From: the human T2T-CHM13v2.0 reference genome, Homo sapiens
Assembly (NCBI RefSeq): GCF_009914755.1
Contig: NC_060939.1
Length of the DNA: 64,000 bases
Direction: 5' to 3' (one strand)
Below, in pieces: positions 44,786-58,881 of this stretch. Position numbers and translations under genes: made by a program. How positions within the stretch are numbered: position 1 is the stretch's first letter; each line of letters begins with the position of its first letter. Below the pieces are notes generated by a model that saw only the letters and a list, made by a program, of their open reading frames with translations, was not told the DNA's origin and searched no databases.

Positions 44786-46542
44786 ATTATTGTGGTTGAT
44801 AAAACTTCTGGACCAAGACTTAAGAGGCCAACATATGGTCTTTAGGGGATTTTCTTATCCACTGAAATTATTTGCAAAAATACATGATGGTTGATGGTTC
44901 GAAGTGCATTTTTCTAAAATGACCCTATTCATCTTCATCAAATTATCAAAGCAATCTATAGTTTGAAATAAGAATCACTTGTTTTAAAGGAAAATAAAAT
45001 TGAATCAAAATACAAAGCTTAAATTTCTCTGAGCACCATTTCCTGCATGACTGGTAAGTCTTGCCTTCTCTGGGAAGCCATTCTTCCTTCTTGCCCATGT
45101 GCCATACAGCTCTTCATACATACCAGCAGCTTAGACCTCCAGGAATTTCCATTTCACCCAGGGAAGCAGCTTTGGTAACTTCTCTTTGAGATCAGAGCTC
45201 CCGTATGGTGAATCTGGGGTCTCAATTTACTGTTCTCTACTCTAAAGTAATTTGTATGAAGTGAATGATTGTCCATGTCTGGGGCCACAGGGCCTTTCTC
45301 ATGGGCCACAGCTGGCCCCATCAGCTTCTAACACCTATGAGGGAAGCACAGCTGTGGGGAAAGTATTGGACTGTTCAGATTTTCCTCCTCAGTTGGTGAG
45401 GCCACTCACTTTATTTCTTTGCTCCAGTTCCTCTTTAGTGAAATAATTTTTTTAAAAAATCCAACTCTACTTACCAACCAAAGTTTATAAGAATAACAAA
45501 CATTAGAGTGAGAAAGGTAGAGATTGTCCAGTTGCTACCTAACCCCAAGCTATCAAAGCTCAGTGAATTTAAGGGACCCTTGCAAAGTTTTCAGCTTGAT
45601 AAAAACTGTAAGAACTGTAACATCATTTCATTCGATCCTCAAGATGCTCCAGTGAGAGATGCACTAGCTGATTTTATCAGATCATTTAGCTCTTTCCACT
45701 TCATTAAACTAGCTCAAAAAGGTATAATAAATATGCAATATCTTCGACAATAAAAGGCAAGTATAAATATAATGCACTGTTTTACTATTATCTCACCTGT
45801 GACTCTGAATTTGACTTCTGTTTCCAAATGGAAATAAAGACTCATCAGCCACATGGTGTAATAAACAGGAGGAGAGGTAGCCATCTCCCTGTGGAAAAGG
45901 ACCCTTTCTTAGGCCACTTTCCTAAGTGCCATTGATTTGGTCACTCCTTCATTCCTCTATGAGCAATTATCTGACCTTTTAAAACCTGATTTCTCATAAC
46001 CAGGCTTCCTATCCACAAATCTTGCCTCAACCTTTTATGATATTTGCTTGAGGTAATACCAAACTTCCTTCCCAGAGTTCATGCCACCGGGCAATGTAGA
46101 AGGCTGGAGGAGAAATGAGGCTGACGTGGAATATAAAAGTCAAAAAAACAATGAGGCAATGTAGACAGACAAAATCTGACTTCACACATTCAACAAAACT
46201 TCTCATTCATTAACAAGCTGACAAGCTGATATTCTTGATTTAATATGTATGTCAAAGTAGCCACCTGCTTAAAGCCAAACAAGGCTGGAAAGAGAAGAAG
46301 TAACTGTGGGCTAAAAACCTTGGCAAAACTCAAAATCCCAACCACTCAAAATAGGATATTAACTTATTAGTCATGTGAGAAACATTATGTCTTCCCATAA
46401 GTGTTTTCCACAAACTGACTGGGGAATGTACACAGAAAAGGATAAAATAAAATAAGCATACAGACTATTAATAGTATAAACTCCATGAAGTCCTTAAACA
46501 GAGGATGCCGGAACATACTTCCCAAACCAGTGTGTGTCCCTA

Positions 46543-46938
<396 letters not shown>

Positions 46939-48289
46939 TCAGCTCTGTCCTCAGTTATTTTGAGAATGATTACCAGAATTCACTCCCTTTCCCCATCCTC
47001 CTCCCTCCTCCTCCTCCTTACCTTTCCCCAACCACAGATCTTGGTTTAAATATTCTTCACAAGACAAGCAAAATAACAAATACATTTGATGGATTTCATT
47101 CTGCTCCTAGACCTTGTGACATAACTGAGTTAAACATATTGCTAGGAGAAGCCAAAACTAGCAACAGATTTGTGTTGCTTACAATTTTTAAGTTCATATT
47201 GAATGCAGGAATGCTTTGTTATCCAGATTTAATCTATCTTAGAAAGTCTGCTAGTGAATTTATATATTGGGACTGTATGTTTCATTATTTTAAGTGGAAA
47301 TAAAACAGCAATGTGTTCCCAACCCTTCTAAAAATTCCAACCAATTTCCCCCAAGCATCACTAAAACACTTTGCAACATCTAACTAACAATTCACCAATT
47401 GTCTAATTATTTATTACGTAATGTGCTCCTTAGTGGATATGTTTATATGCCAGACCAACAGTAATACACAGTTTTCAAATATTATTACATCTTCCTTCTA
47501 CACTGCAACAAACATGTACTCTGATATAAAGGAATTATTAAACAACATGCTAAAGTTAGACAATGAATACAAATAACACGTAGCAAGAGAAACTAAAAAG
47601 TAAGGCAGTTTTTAAATAGTTGCTTACTGACTGAAGGGTTGCCCGAGCAAAATGTGACTACAACAGGGGCTTCTTGATGGTATATGAAGGTGAGCAAGAG
47701 TGAGCTAGTAAAAGAGAGACAGTGGGCATTTGAGTTCACCCATGTCCAAATGCAAGGAGCTGATGGACGGCCTTCTCCTCCTGCATTTGAGACCCCAGAA
47801 GTGGTGGTTATGGACTACCCTCTGAAGCTATAGACACACTAATACATAATCCCTTCTAACCTCTTACCAATGCATGGTCTTCTCTAGGGCTCTTGGGCTC
47901 ACTACTTTCCTCACAGACTTTTCTACATCCTTAGAAGAATATTTGATTTAATAATGGGGGAAGATGCAAGGGGATTCAGAAGTGAAGTACTCCATGTGTC
48001 CACAAGTAGAGAAGAAAGATATTGGTAAAATCTAGAAATGTTTATAATCAACCTTAAAATAATATAATGGATAACACACACAAGAGTGGATTATCAAAAC
48101 TGGGTTGCTCTACATTTAAGAAAAAGATTAATCCTAGAGACTTACATGTGCTATCTAGGCCAGTGAAGGGAATAGACCATTAAACCAGATGGAGGACTCA
48201 GTCAGTGACATTTGACCCTGACAATCACCATCATACATAATTTGTATTTACAGAAAAACTTATACTTCCAAAAATAACATTATCTTTCT

Positions 48290-48460
48290 GGCCCCTTAAA
48301 AACAACACTATCATGTGGGTAAGGTCAGCTAGTATTTTATCCATTTTAAATATAGACATTATATATTCATAAAAATTAATAGACTTGCCCAACCTTACAC
48401 AACAAGTCAACCTAAGAAATAGGATTAGGATACCAGCCTCGACACCTAGTTTCATGCTAC
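48290..48460 (-). mobile_element. MIR fragment
   Basis: 'ttttatccattttaaatataga...gacttgcccaac.ttacacaacaagt..aggattagga.accag'. Confidence 0.55.
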
Positions 48461-48799
48461 TTCTCCTACAAAAAGACAAGGATGGTCTCCTGGTAGCAGC
48501 TATACAAAGCAAAAGGCTTCAGGGTTGGTTTCTGCTTTTATTTTGTTGGGTGGCAAAATGTTGAGCCCTTTTGGGCATTCTGTTCTGAATCTGCCTATGG
48601 TAGATTTACCTCTGGCATCAAGTGACCTCTCACCTTCCTATGATTCAATCTTAAGAGTTGGTAGGAACAAAAAAAGAGAAAAGAAAAGGTTCCCTATTGC
48701 CAATAGTACCCGACTACTGTCAATATTAATTTTAATTAGTGCCTCAATATTATCAAAATAAAAATAATTTGTTTACATTTCTTAAAAAAGAAAAATAAA

Positions 48800-49118
<319 letters not shown>

Positions 49119-49216
49119 TCACATGAGAAAGGCTATTTTTTAATTTTATTGTGATGACTGAGTTCATAAAGTTTTCATATCTCCTTCAGATTTGAGATGG
49201 CATGAAAGGTTGAAGG

Positions 49217-49653
49217 TGCCATGCTTTAGATGTGGTTTTTCCTTGCCAGAACTCATGTTAAAAGTTGATCACCAAGGTGGCAGTGTTAGGGGGTGGGGCC
49301 TAATGGAAGAGGTTTGGGCCACAGAGGTGGATCCTCATGAAAAGACTACTGCCTTCCCATGGGGGTGAGGGAGTTCTTTCTCTTGGGGGAGTGGACTTGT
49401 TCCCACAATTGTAGACTGTTAAAAAGAGCCTGGTTTCCTTGGTTTTTCTTTCTTGGCATGTGATCTTTTTGCAGATGCCTGCTCTCATTCCACTTTCCAT
49501 GGTGAATGGAAGCAGCATGAATTCCTCACCAGATGCAGCTGCCCAATCTTGGACTTTGCAGCCACCAGAATCATGAGCCAAATAAACTTCTTTTCATTAT
49601 AAATTACCCAGCCTTAGGTATTGTGTTATAGTAACACTAACTGGTCTAAGACA
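49217..49653 (+). mobile_element. MSTB/MSTC-type MaLR solo LTR
   Basis: TG...CA termini and the end 'ataaacttcttttcattataaattacccagcc..ggtatt.tgttatag..acac.aa.tggtctaagaca'. Confidence 0.85.
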
Positions 49654-49699
49654 AATGTCAGTAATAGCAAGTCAGCCATAGAAAGCACAACAGTAGTCA

Positions 49700-50200
49700 C
49701 AAAATTTTCCCACTTAAAACCCTGTGATGACCACCCTCTGCCTAGAAAATGAAGTTCAAAATTCTAAGTACAGGCATAGAAAATCTCACCCTCCCTGACT
49801 TTTTCAGTCTTGTCTCCATCTAGTTCCCAACACATTTTATGTTCTCGGCTATGTCTCAATGTTCGTACACCTCTGAAGATTCTAGGAATGTCACATGTAG
49901 CTTTGTTCTTGGTTTTTCCCTCTGCTTGGAATGGTCTTCATCACATTATACATCTGTCAGGGCCTTTGTTATATTTAAAATTCAACCTCTGTGTCACTTT
50001 TTGGACTTCCCATAGTTTCCCTCATTGCAGCATAATCAACATCCATTTTGGTTAACCACACTTCTTTGCGGCTTATTCCTTCATCATAAGATTGTTTATT
50101 TATATGTCTCAACCCTCTATCCCTCCTCACATGGATAATGATCTTTATGCAAGTGGGGCCACAACCTACTTATCTTTATATCCTCAACCCCAGCACAGAG
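49700..50200 (+). mobile_element. L2 3' remnant
   Basis: 'cttaaaacc...aagttcaaaattct', 'ttccctctgcttggaatggtctt', 'tctttatatcctcaaccccagcacaga'. Confidence 0.55.
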
Positions 50201-50532
50201 GCTGGGCCATTTTTTTTTTCCTAAATGCAATGAACCTAATGTTCCTTTTATTTGATTTTCTATAATTGTTTTGGGAAGAAATACCAGTGGGATCCACAAT
50301 TGTGGACCTTTATGTATTGGTTCAACAAAATCAGTTATTAAGTATATGTCAATAAAATCAATGTCAAAACAATGAAAAGCCAAAATCAATCTGGGTATTG
50401 CCAACTCGTGCCTCGTGGAATCTTACTCTTCAGCGAGAAGCACCAGTTATTGCTGGTCAATTGGTCTACAGTCGGGGTAAGGAGAAGTTCTTCCCAGTCA
50501 CTTTGAGTATGAACAATTATGGCTGCAACTAA

Positions 50533-50866
<334 letters not shown>

Positions 50867-52799
50867 TAAGGAGAACATTCTTGAATGTACATTATGTCAG
50901 ATCACTAAAAAAAAACAAAAGATATAAGATACAAAATATAGACACTTTTGTCCTCTGCTTTGACAAGACTACAAAATGTAAACAAATGCAGAACCCCTCA
51001 TTGCTACGACAACCTCTAATGATCTATCCCTCTAAAGATCATGCCAAAGATACTCAAACCCTGAAGCACAGGAATTCATCTAGGGTCCAAAGTCAACATA
51101 GAGATATGGTTCCATTTGAATGAGAGATCTAAAAATGCAAATTATCTGGAGCATTTTTCACATAGTTTGTGATATACTTCCCCAGCTTATTTTTGGCTTT
51201 TGTTACAAGAACTTAGGGAACGGCCCACTGAGGGCTCAGGCATAGACAGATGCCTTGGAATGTGCCTGCACAGTGACAGAATTTCTGACAAGTCAGGATC
51301 TCTAACACTGGAAACAGGGTTCCTACTGATTCATTCACTCCTAATATAGCTCCAGGGGGTTCCTACAGGATCCCAAAGCCCCCCACTCCCTCCGCCACAC
51401 TGCAGAGTTTAAGGATATGCCCTCATAGCTACATAGCTCTGACCCAAAGCCCTTCCATGTGGAAAACACTAATCCAGCTAGTTGCCATGTTTCTCTCACT
51501 GGGATGTGTTCCCATTTCTCCTCTTGTTTAGTGTTTTAGAAGATATGAGAAGGGTACCTGTCTTTGCCCTGGGAGGAAGACATTTTTGTAAATGTCAAAT
51601 GGACATTTGATAGAAGAACTTATTTAAGGAATCTTGAATTACAAGCAAAGGGGCATGTGGAGGGGGAAAGATGAAATCATCTACAAGATTTTAAAAGTGA
51701 ACCAACTACCTGAATTATAAAATATTATATATATAAAAATATTTAATTATAAAATGTAATAAAAACTTATTACAGCCAGACCTGGTCTTTGGAGAGGGAT
51801 ATAATCCGCTGAAATGGAGAATGATCACCCACTTTCTACCCACAGATTAACTGCATATTTCTTATGAATATGCAAAGTGGCTACTCCATACTGCCTGTAT
51901 GTGTAGCAGGGAATTGATATTTGCTACTTTGAGGAGCCTATTTTGATCACAGTGATATGTGTACAACCTGAGTATACTCAGATATTGACCATTCCAGAAA
52001 GAAAAGAAAATACCCTTGATGTCTCTCCTAAGGGTCTCTGCTTTTTCAGAATGAACTTTATTTTGACCGATGAGATGTTCTTTAGTGGGCTCATAATGAC
52101 TGAGCACCACATAAGAGGATCAAAGCATGGTTCAGCTAGTTCCCTGTGGCTATTGGTCCAGTGGTGGTAAAAGTGAATATTCAAATCAGATATTTGAAAA
52201 AATATCTCAAATCATCCAGAAATCAAGGAAATGATATTTCAACAGAATAATTGTGTAGGCAGCAGAGCACTGAATCATATCATTTATTTTGACACAAATT
52301 ATATTAATATATTCATATTAATATATTATTAATTATAAAAATGTTTAATATATTAATAAATTATATCATTTATTTTGACATAAATGTGGTCTCTTATATT
52401 GACCTAATTATCTCAAGTGTATTTTGATTTTATTTTCTTTAACAGCACTAAACATAGTACTGGATGGTGTATTTATTTTTTAATTAATATTTGTAGAAAT
52501 AAATTAAGCTGGGGCACATTCTCAGGAGAAAGAAAGGGGTAGCACTCAACTGGGGCTCATTCTGGTGCCTAGATTTTATTTGGCTCTCACTTGCCTTTGG
52601 ATTTTGCTCAAGAAGAACAGGGAAAAGAAGAGCTATGTCAGTAATTAATATTCCATAACCTAAAGTAACTGAACTTTAGCAGAGAACTAAAATCTGTGCT
52701 TAGAGGATTTATCTAAAGGTGTTTTACGGGCAGATGGTGCCTTCTACATCAATCTTCATAAAATTAGAAGTACAGTGATTTCACCCCCTGGAATCCAGT

Positions 52800-53020
52800 T
52801 CACACTTTAAAATCAGACAGAGCAGGATGCTAATCCCAACCCTGCACTTGCCAGCAGTGTAACATCATACAAGTTGCTAAAGCCTTTTAGGACTCAGTTT
52901 TCCTGTATGTGAAATGGGAGGAATGATGTTTCTGCCTCCGGCGTGGCTTTGGAGGATTAAAAGAGATAGTACATGTAATATACTAAGCACCTATCACATA
53001 ATAAATACTCAAGTTAATAT
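52800..53020 (+). mobile_element. MIR
   Basis: 'aatcagacag...aatcccaacc.tgcacttgccagc.gtgt...ctcagttttcct.tatgtgaaatgggag'. Confidence 0.8.
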
Positions 53021-54146
53021 CATAATTATTCTTAAAGCCAACTAAAGCCTTCAGTCCCAAACTTGGTTTAGTTTACTGATCACAAGATGTCCAGGTGCTG
53101 ACCTGGGTCTGGCCTGTAGGTAAGGATCTCATTGTTGATTTCATTCTTCTATCTCTCTCGACTAACACAAGATCTTACTAAGGTGAACAGTTACTAGTAA
53201 TTATAATAAATGCAACAGGCAATACAAATAAGTGTCCAGATTATGAAGGAAACACTTATAGAAGCCTTGAAAGACTTAATTACAATAAAGCAAAAAGTTG
53301 TATTCAAAACTGAAATCTAAATTATTCCCTAATCTACTGGCTTCTCAGCCTCCAAACATGACTATATTAATAAACATTGTAGACTGACCAATTCATACAT
53401 GAAAATATTAGCTTCTGCCTTCACTATTTATAATGTTTAATTGTTTTGTTAATGCACACAAATGGGACATTGATCCATGAAATTCTGTTTGATATTTGAG
53501 TATATCTGATGTTATAATCCCAAATCCCACAAGACATATCTGCTTTGCCCCTGAGGGTGTACTGCCATGTAAAAATGCCCAGTATTCACTCCTCACTTTA
53601 TCTTCCCAAGATTTCCTCCAAGGTGGGCAGGACTGCCCTTATGAATATGCTCAAACAGAACTCTAAAGGAGACTGTTTTTCTCTCGACGAACCAGCCTGG
53701 GTTTCCATATTCCTCTCACCTCACACTTGGCATCTGCCCACCCTCAGGTGTGTCCTTCCAGGAGAACGGCTTGGAAAACTACAGAGAGTAAATGCCTTCA
53801 GCTGAATTATCAGCCAACACAATCTGAATTTCACATCTGGAATACCTTTTTCAGACCCACCTTTCTTACATACCACAAGGAATAATAACTATGTCTGAGT
53901 TGTGCAAAGAGAGTAATAATGTGTGAATTTTTTTTAAAATTTCATAAGCAGAAGGATTTATTAATGGATGAATGTATTTTCAGTCTTCCCCTCCTTCCCA
54001 AGGGTTCTTTTTTTCCACTGGCGCTTTCTTTACTACACTTAATTCTACCTATCATAAGTTAATTGGCCCCAATCCATGGACAATAATACAAAAAATGTTT
54101 TTTATATTACATTTTTATAATGGGAAAAAAATGCTTTTTAAAAAAC

Positions 54147-54467
<321 letters not shown>

Positions 54468-57400
54468 CATAAGTAATTTTTAAAAGCATGTATAGTCTTG
54501 GTTTTCTCTTTGACATTTCCATGCCTCTCCCGTTCCCCTTTGCATCTCATTGGTGCCATTCTTAAGCTCCATCAAAGGCTGCCATCCTATGTCCTATGTA
54601 CCTCGTTCCCCAACAGAGGGGCAAACCTCTCTTTTCCTGGACTCCACACTGAATTTCTTCTGTAAGCTTCAAGAAAGAATTAGATCAAATTCAGTTAAAA
54701 ATATTGCCATCTCCTTTGAAGCTCTTTTGGAAAAAAAAAAAAGTTATTTAAAAACTTACAATCACTACCCAGAAATTATACTTTTTGAACTCTTCTCAAG
54801 GTCTGCCTGTACCTTGATGGATTTCTCTCAAATGGTGTCGTATCATGCTCTCTTCTCACGTGCCACATTATTTAGAAAGAACTCAAGTGTTTCAGGAGAA
54901 GAGAAGTGCTCACAAGAGAATGAGATTGAGGAAAGCACAGCTATATTTTTACCATCGTCACCCAAACCCCCAAATTGATGAGCTAATCTCTCTGTCAGAC
55001 TTAGCTCATCCATTACTGCTACATGTTGGGTGTTTTTATCTCCAGCCCCAGGACACTGGGTTGTAATGGAAGTACCTCTGCCAAGAGATACTGATAGACA
55101 GAAAAGAGGTAGGACCAGGCAAGCAAAGCCCCTATCTGATGAGGCAAAGTACATTTTTGGCTCTAATGTTATTGTATGTAAAGTAGGTCAAGAAAGTTAT
55201 GTGAATTTTAAGACAGAAAAGGAGATGTGTTTACACTGGTTTATGACATGGCTACCAGATGCAACTTGTTCCTGTGGAAGGGAAAGGAAGAAGAACCATG
55301 TCTCAGTTTAAATATTTGACTGGTTCCTCCAAAAGCTGTTAAGATGACAAAGAACTAGGAAAGCGCAGAGGGAAAAGACAAAGAGAATTCTAGAAACTTA
55401 CTCCAGACTTGGAAAGAAGTGTCTAATAAAGGGGGAAGAAAAGCATCTCAGCTTGCAACAGCGATTCATTCCTTCTCACAGGCTCTCTCTCCTCACTTCC
55501 CCATCATCAGGCATTGTGTACGTTTTTCCTATGCCCCATCTGAGAGTCTCCTTATGATCAAGTCACTGGATTTGACAATATCGTTACCTGGACAACTGAG
55601 GTATGGAAAACAGAGCTGCAGTTCAGATAAAGCTTCAACAGAAGTTCTCATTGTTCTCCCAGTTAATGTCCACCACCGTACACACAGTAGTTCAGATTAC
55701 ATACAGATTTCCATTCTAAATGAGCTCCTAATTAAAAATAAAGCCCTCCCTCCATCTGCTCATAACTCTCACAAACCTTTTTTTCCCTTTGAGCTCAACC
55801 TCTCAAGCTTTGTCTGTGCCCAAATGCAGATTACACTGTAAAGTCTGCAGTGCTTTGGCATGAGGTAAGAGTGACAGAATGTATTTTTTTAACTTGATTC
55901 TTTTAAAAAAATACAGTCTTTGAAAATAAATAAGGTGAAAATAACTTTACATGCTACCTGCATACTTTGCATGTTACGAGTTCAGAAGAACAGCTCTTTG
56001 TCCAAAAACTCCGTCAAACAGGAAGGCTCAAAGCTGATTTTGACGCACATGTTATCTATTAAATTTGTAATTGCAAAATGTCCAACGTGACTCGAAAGTG
56101 TGAAAAGGTCATTGCCCAACCATGTGGTGCTGCAGCTTGTATCTGATGGGGAGAGAGGGGTATATGTGAAAATTATGAAGCAACTCAAAACGGTTTAGGC
56201 AGAAGCAGCTTTTGTCCCATACATAGAGAGAAGAGCTTTGTACATACCCCCTTGAAATTGCAGAAATTTGACTTTGCTCAATACCACAGTGACAAAACTT
56301 GGACATAGGGATTTCCCCTTTTCATCTGTGCAGTTGGTTAACTTTCTATGCATTTTGTTTAAAATCAAATATTAAAAATTCCCTTTAAAATATGGTAAGA
56401 TCTTCTACTTCCATCCTCTGCTCCCCTCCAGAACCCACCCCTTCGTCCAAAAGGACAAGTCAAGACCAACATTCACAGGAAAGGTAACTTCCCTTGTGAA
56501 CACATAACATGATGCCCATAAGCACAGAGCAACTCTGGCTGCTGGAAACATTTCCACAGCATTGCAAAGACCTGCTTCTCTTTTCATACTTCTCTCCCAA
56601 AGTTCAACTATATCTTCTTTTCAAGTGCTCCTCCTTGGAAAATCCTACATGTTTTGAGGATCTGGCAAGCTACCTTTTTATGCATTTATTTCACCTATTA
56701 TTCTTAGGGTAAACTATAAGAGTAGTTCCTCCTAGGAAAGGGACTGCATACGGTCCCCTTAACTCAGTCCCTCAGACTCTCAGGGTCCAGGGCTGTACTC
56801 AGCATTTGAGTTAGTCTTAGAACTAAAGCAAGCCTGTGTGATAGCTCAGATGGCACCAGTCCCAGGCATCCTCACCTGTGCTGTCTTGGGAAGGCCTTTC
56901 TGGAGGCCGGACTGCACTCCGGCTTCCTGGGAGCATGACTCTTGACTTAGGACAAGCAGTGACAAGTGACACAGGGCTTGTGCATTCCTCCAATAGGGCT
57001 ACAGTGCCAGTTGGTTGAGGTCAACCTAATCTTGGCCCACAAGACTTTGAAAGTGAGAAGAGTAGAGAAGATATAGCCTTCTTTTCTGAGGACCCAGAAT
57101 CCCTATTCCTTGTATTCGTTCATTCTCCAGCATTGCTTATCAAAAATAGAGTCACTCCATCTTCAAAAGAATAACTTGCAAGCACAAAGCAACTTTTGAA
57201 AAATAAATTGCCCTCCTCCAATTGAATTCTTAGATTGATGTTATTTTCTTGGAGAAGAAGTTGGCAAAGTTTTTATTCCATGAAACCTCAACTCATCCAA
57301 ACCTCACTCAAGGATAGTATGAGTGTTTCTTCCATCACCTAAACCTGCCCATCCAGACAGGTTCTATGCCAGGCACAGTGAATGCCACCGTGACGGTTAA

Positions 57401-58214
57401 TGTGACAACCAGGACTTCTTGGGATATGCCTACTTGTGAAAGACAGTGAAAAGACATATAGCACAGAATCATAGATTTATAAAACCAGAAACAAACAGCA
57501 ATGGCCACCCAGAAGAGTCCTTTTCAGTCATTCCATCACGGCGCTGAGTTTTGAAAGGTCTGTGTGGAAAAGAGTTTGTCGTTGACTGGGCTGGGATAAA
57601 CCTGTGTGTGTGTGGGAAGCTGTTCTACAGAAACATTTTAAAAATGGAGTTTATATTTACCTGCATCATATTTTAATTCAAATAAAAGAAATATAAGCAC
57701 CAACTATCAAAAATAATCTCTGGGTTTGCTTATCCACCTGCCCTGTTGTTCCCAAGCTCCCGAAAGCCCTTTCAGCTTTACTCAACCTGTGCCTCAGTCT
57801 GGCTATGACCACCCAGTAACACACTGTACCCTTTGCTGACTGTGAGCTTCGCTATACCCAGTATCGTATTCCAAGACCCTATTCTCCAAACGAAATATAT
57901 CCCATTCTAAAAAAAACCAGTTCAAGTTTGCTTCTTGCAGGATGACTTTCTTAACTTCATAAGGTACAGATCAAATGACAGTTACATGTCTCTCCTGCCA
58001 TTTGATTTCCAAAACAGGTTTCCCATGAATCCCCAGCAAAGCATATGGCCCATTCAGAACTTATTTCACATGTAAACTGTATTAATATGCAACTCATTCT
58101 AGTCGAGATTAATAGGTTAGAAGCAAAGGCACAAAATCTTGCTTTTCTTTCCTTAGCATCTGTGGATGTAAATATGGTTACTGTGGATGGAAGATGGGAT
58201 GAAAAAAAGGCAAC

Positions 58215-58370
58215 AGACTGAAACTCTGTGCTTGCTGATCTGTGTCCTGGGATTAACTAGATATTTGGCCTTGGATAGTCACTTCCTCTCTGTGAGCTTC
58301 CATTTCTTCATTTGTTATGCTATGAAGACTGAGGTATATGATGGATGTATAATGGCTAAGTCCGTAACAA
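58215..58370 (+). mobile_element. MIR fragment
   Basis: 'ggccttggatagtcacttcctctctgtgagcttccatttcttcatttgt'. Confidence 0.6.
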
Positions 58371-58384
58371 AGTTCTATGAAGAA

Positions 58385-58530
58385 ATTATTTCATTCATTT
58401 ATTCCAGAAGCATTTTCTGAACACCTATGGTGTGTTTGCTTCTATGCTTGGTTCTTGGAACACAGCTTTGAAAAGACAATTAGAAAACTCTCTCTCTGAT
58501 TTTATGTGGCTTACAGTCTAGCAGACATCT
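58385..58530 (-). mobile_element. L2 3' end
   Basis: 'ttcattcatttattcc...ttttctgaacacctatggtgtg...gcttacagtctag'. Confidence 0.6.
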
Positions 58531-58550
58531 AATAGTCCATTAACATACCC

Positions 58551-58881
<331 letters not shown>

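Noticed and set aside
55982-56062. Peptide SEEQLFVQKLRQ resembling the PP2A B56 motif LFIQKLRQ
   Set aside because: Similarity is limited to about 8 residues, the diagnostic CCVLFDF does not follow, and a stop comes soon after.
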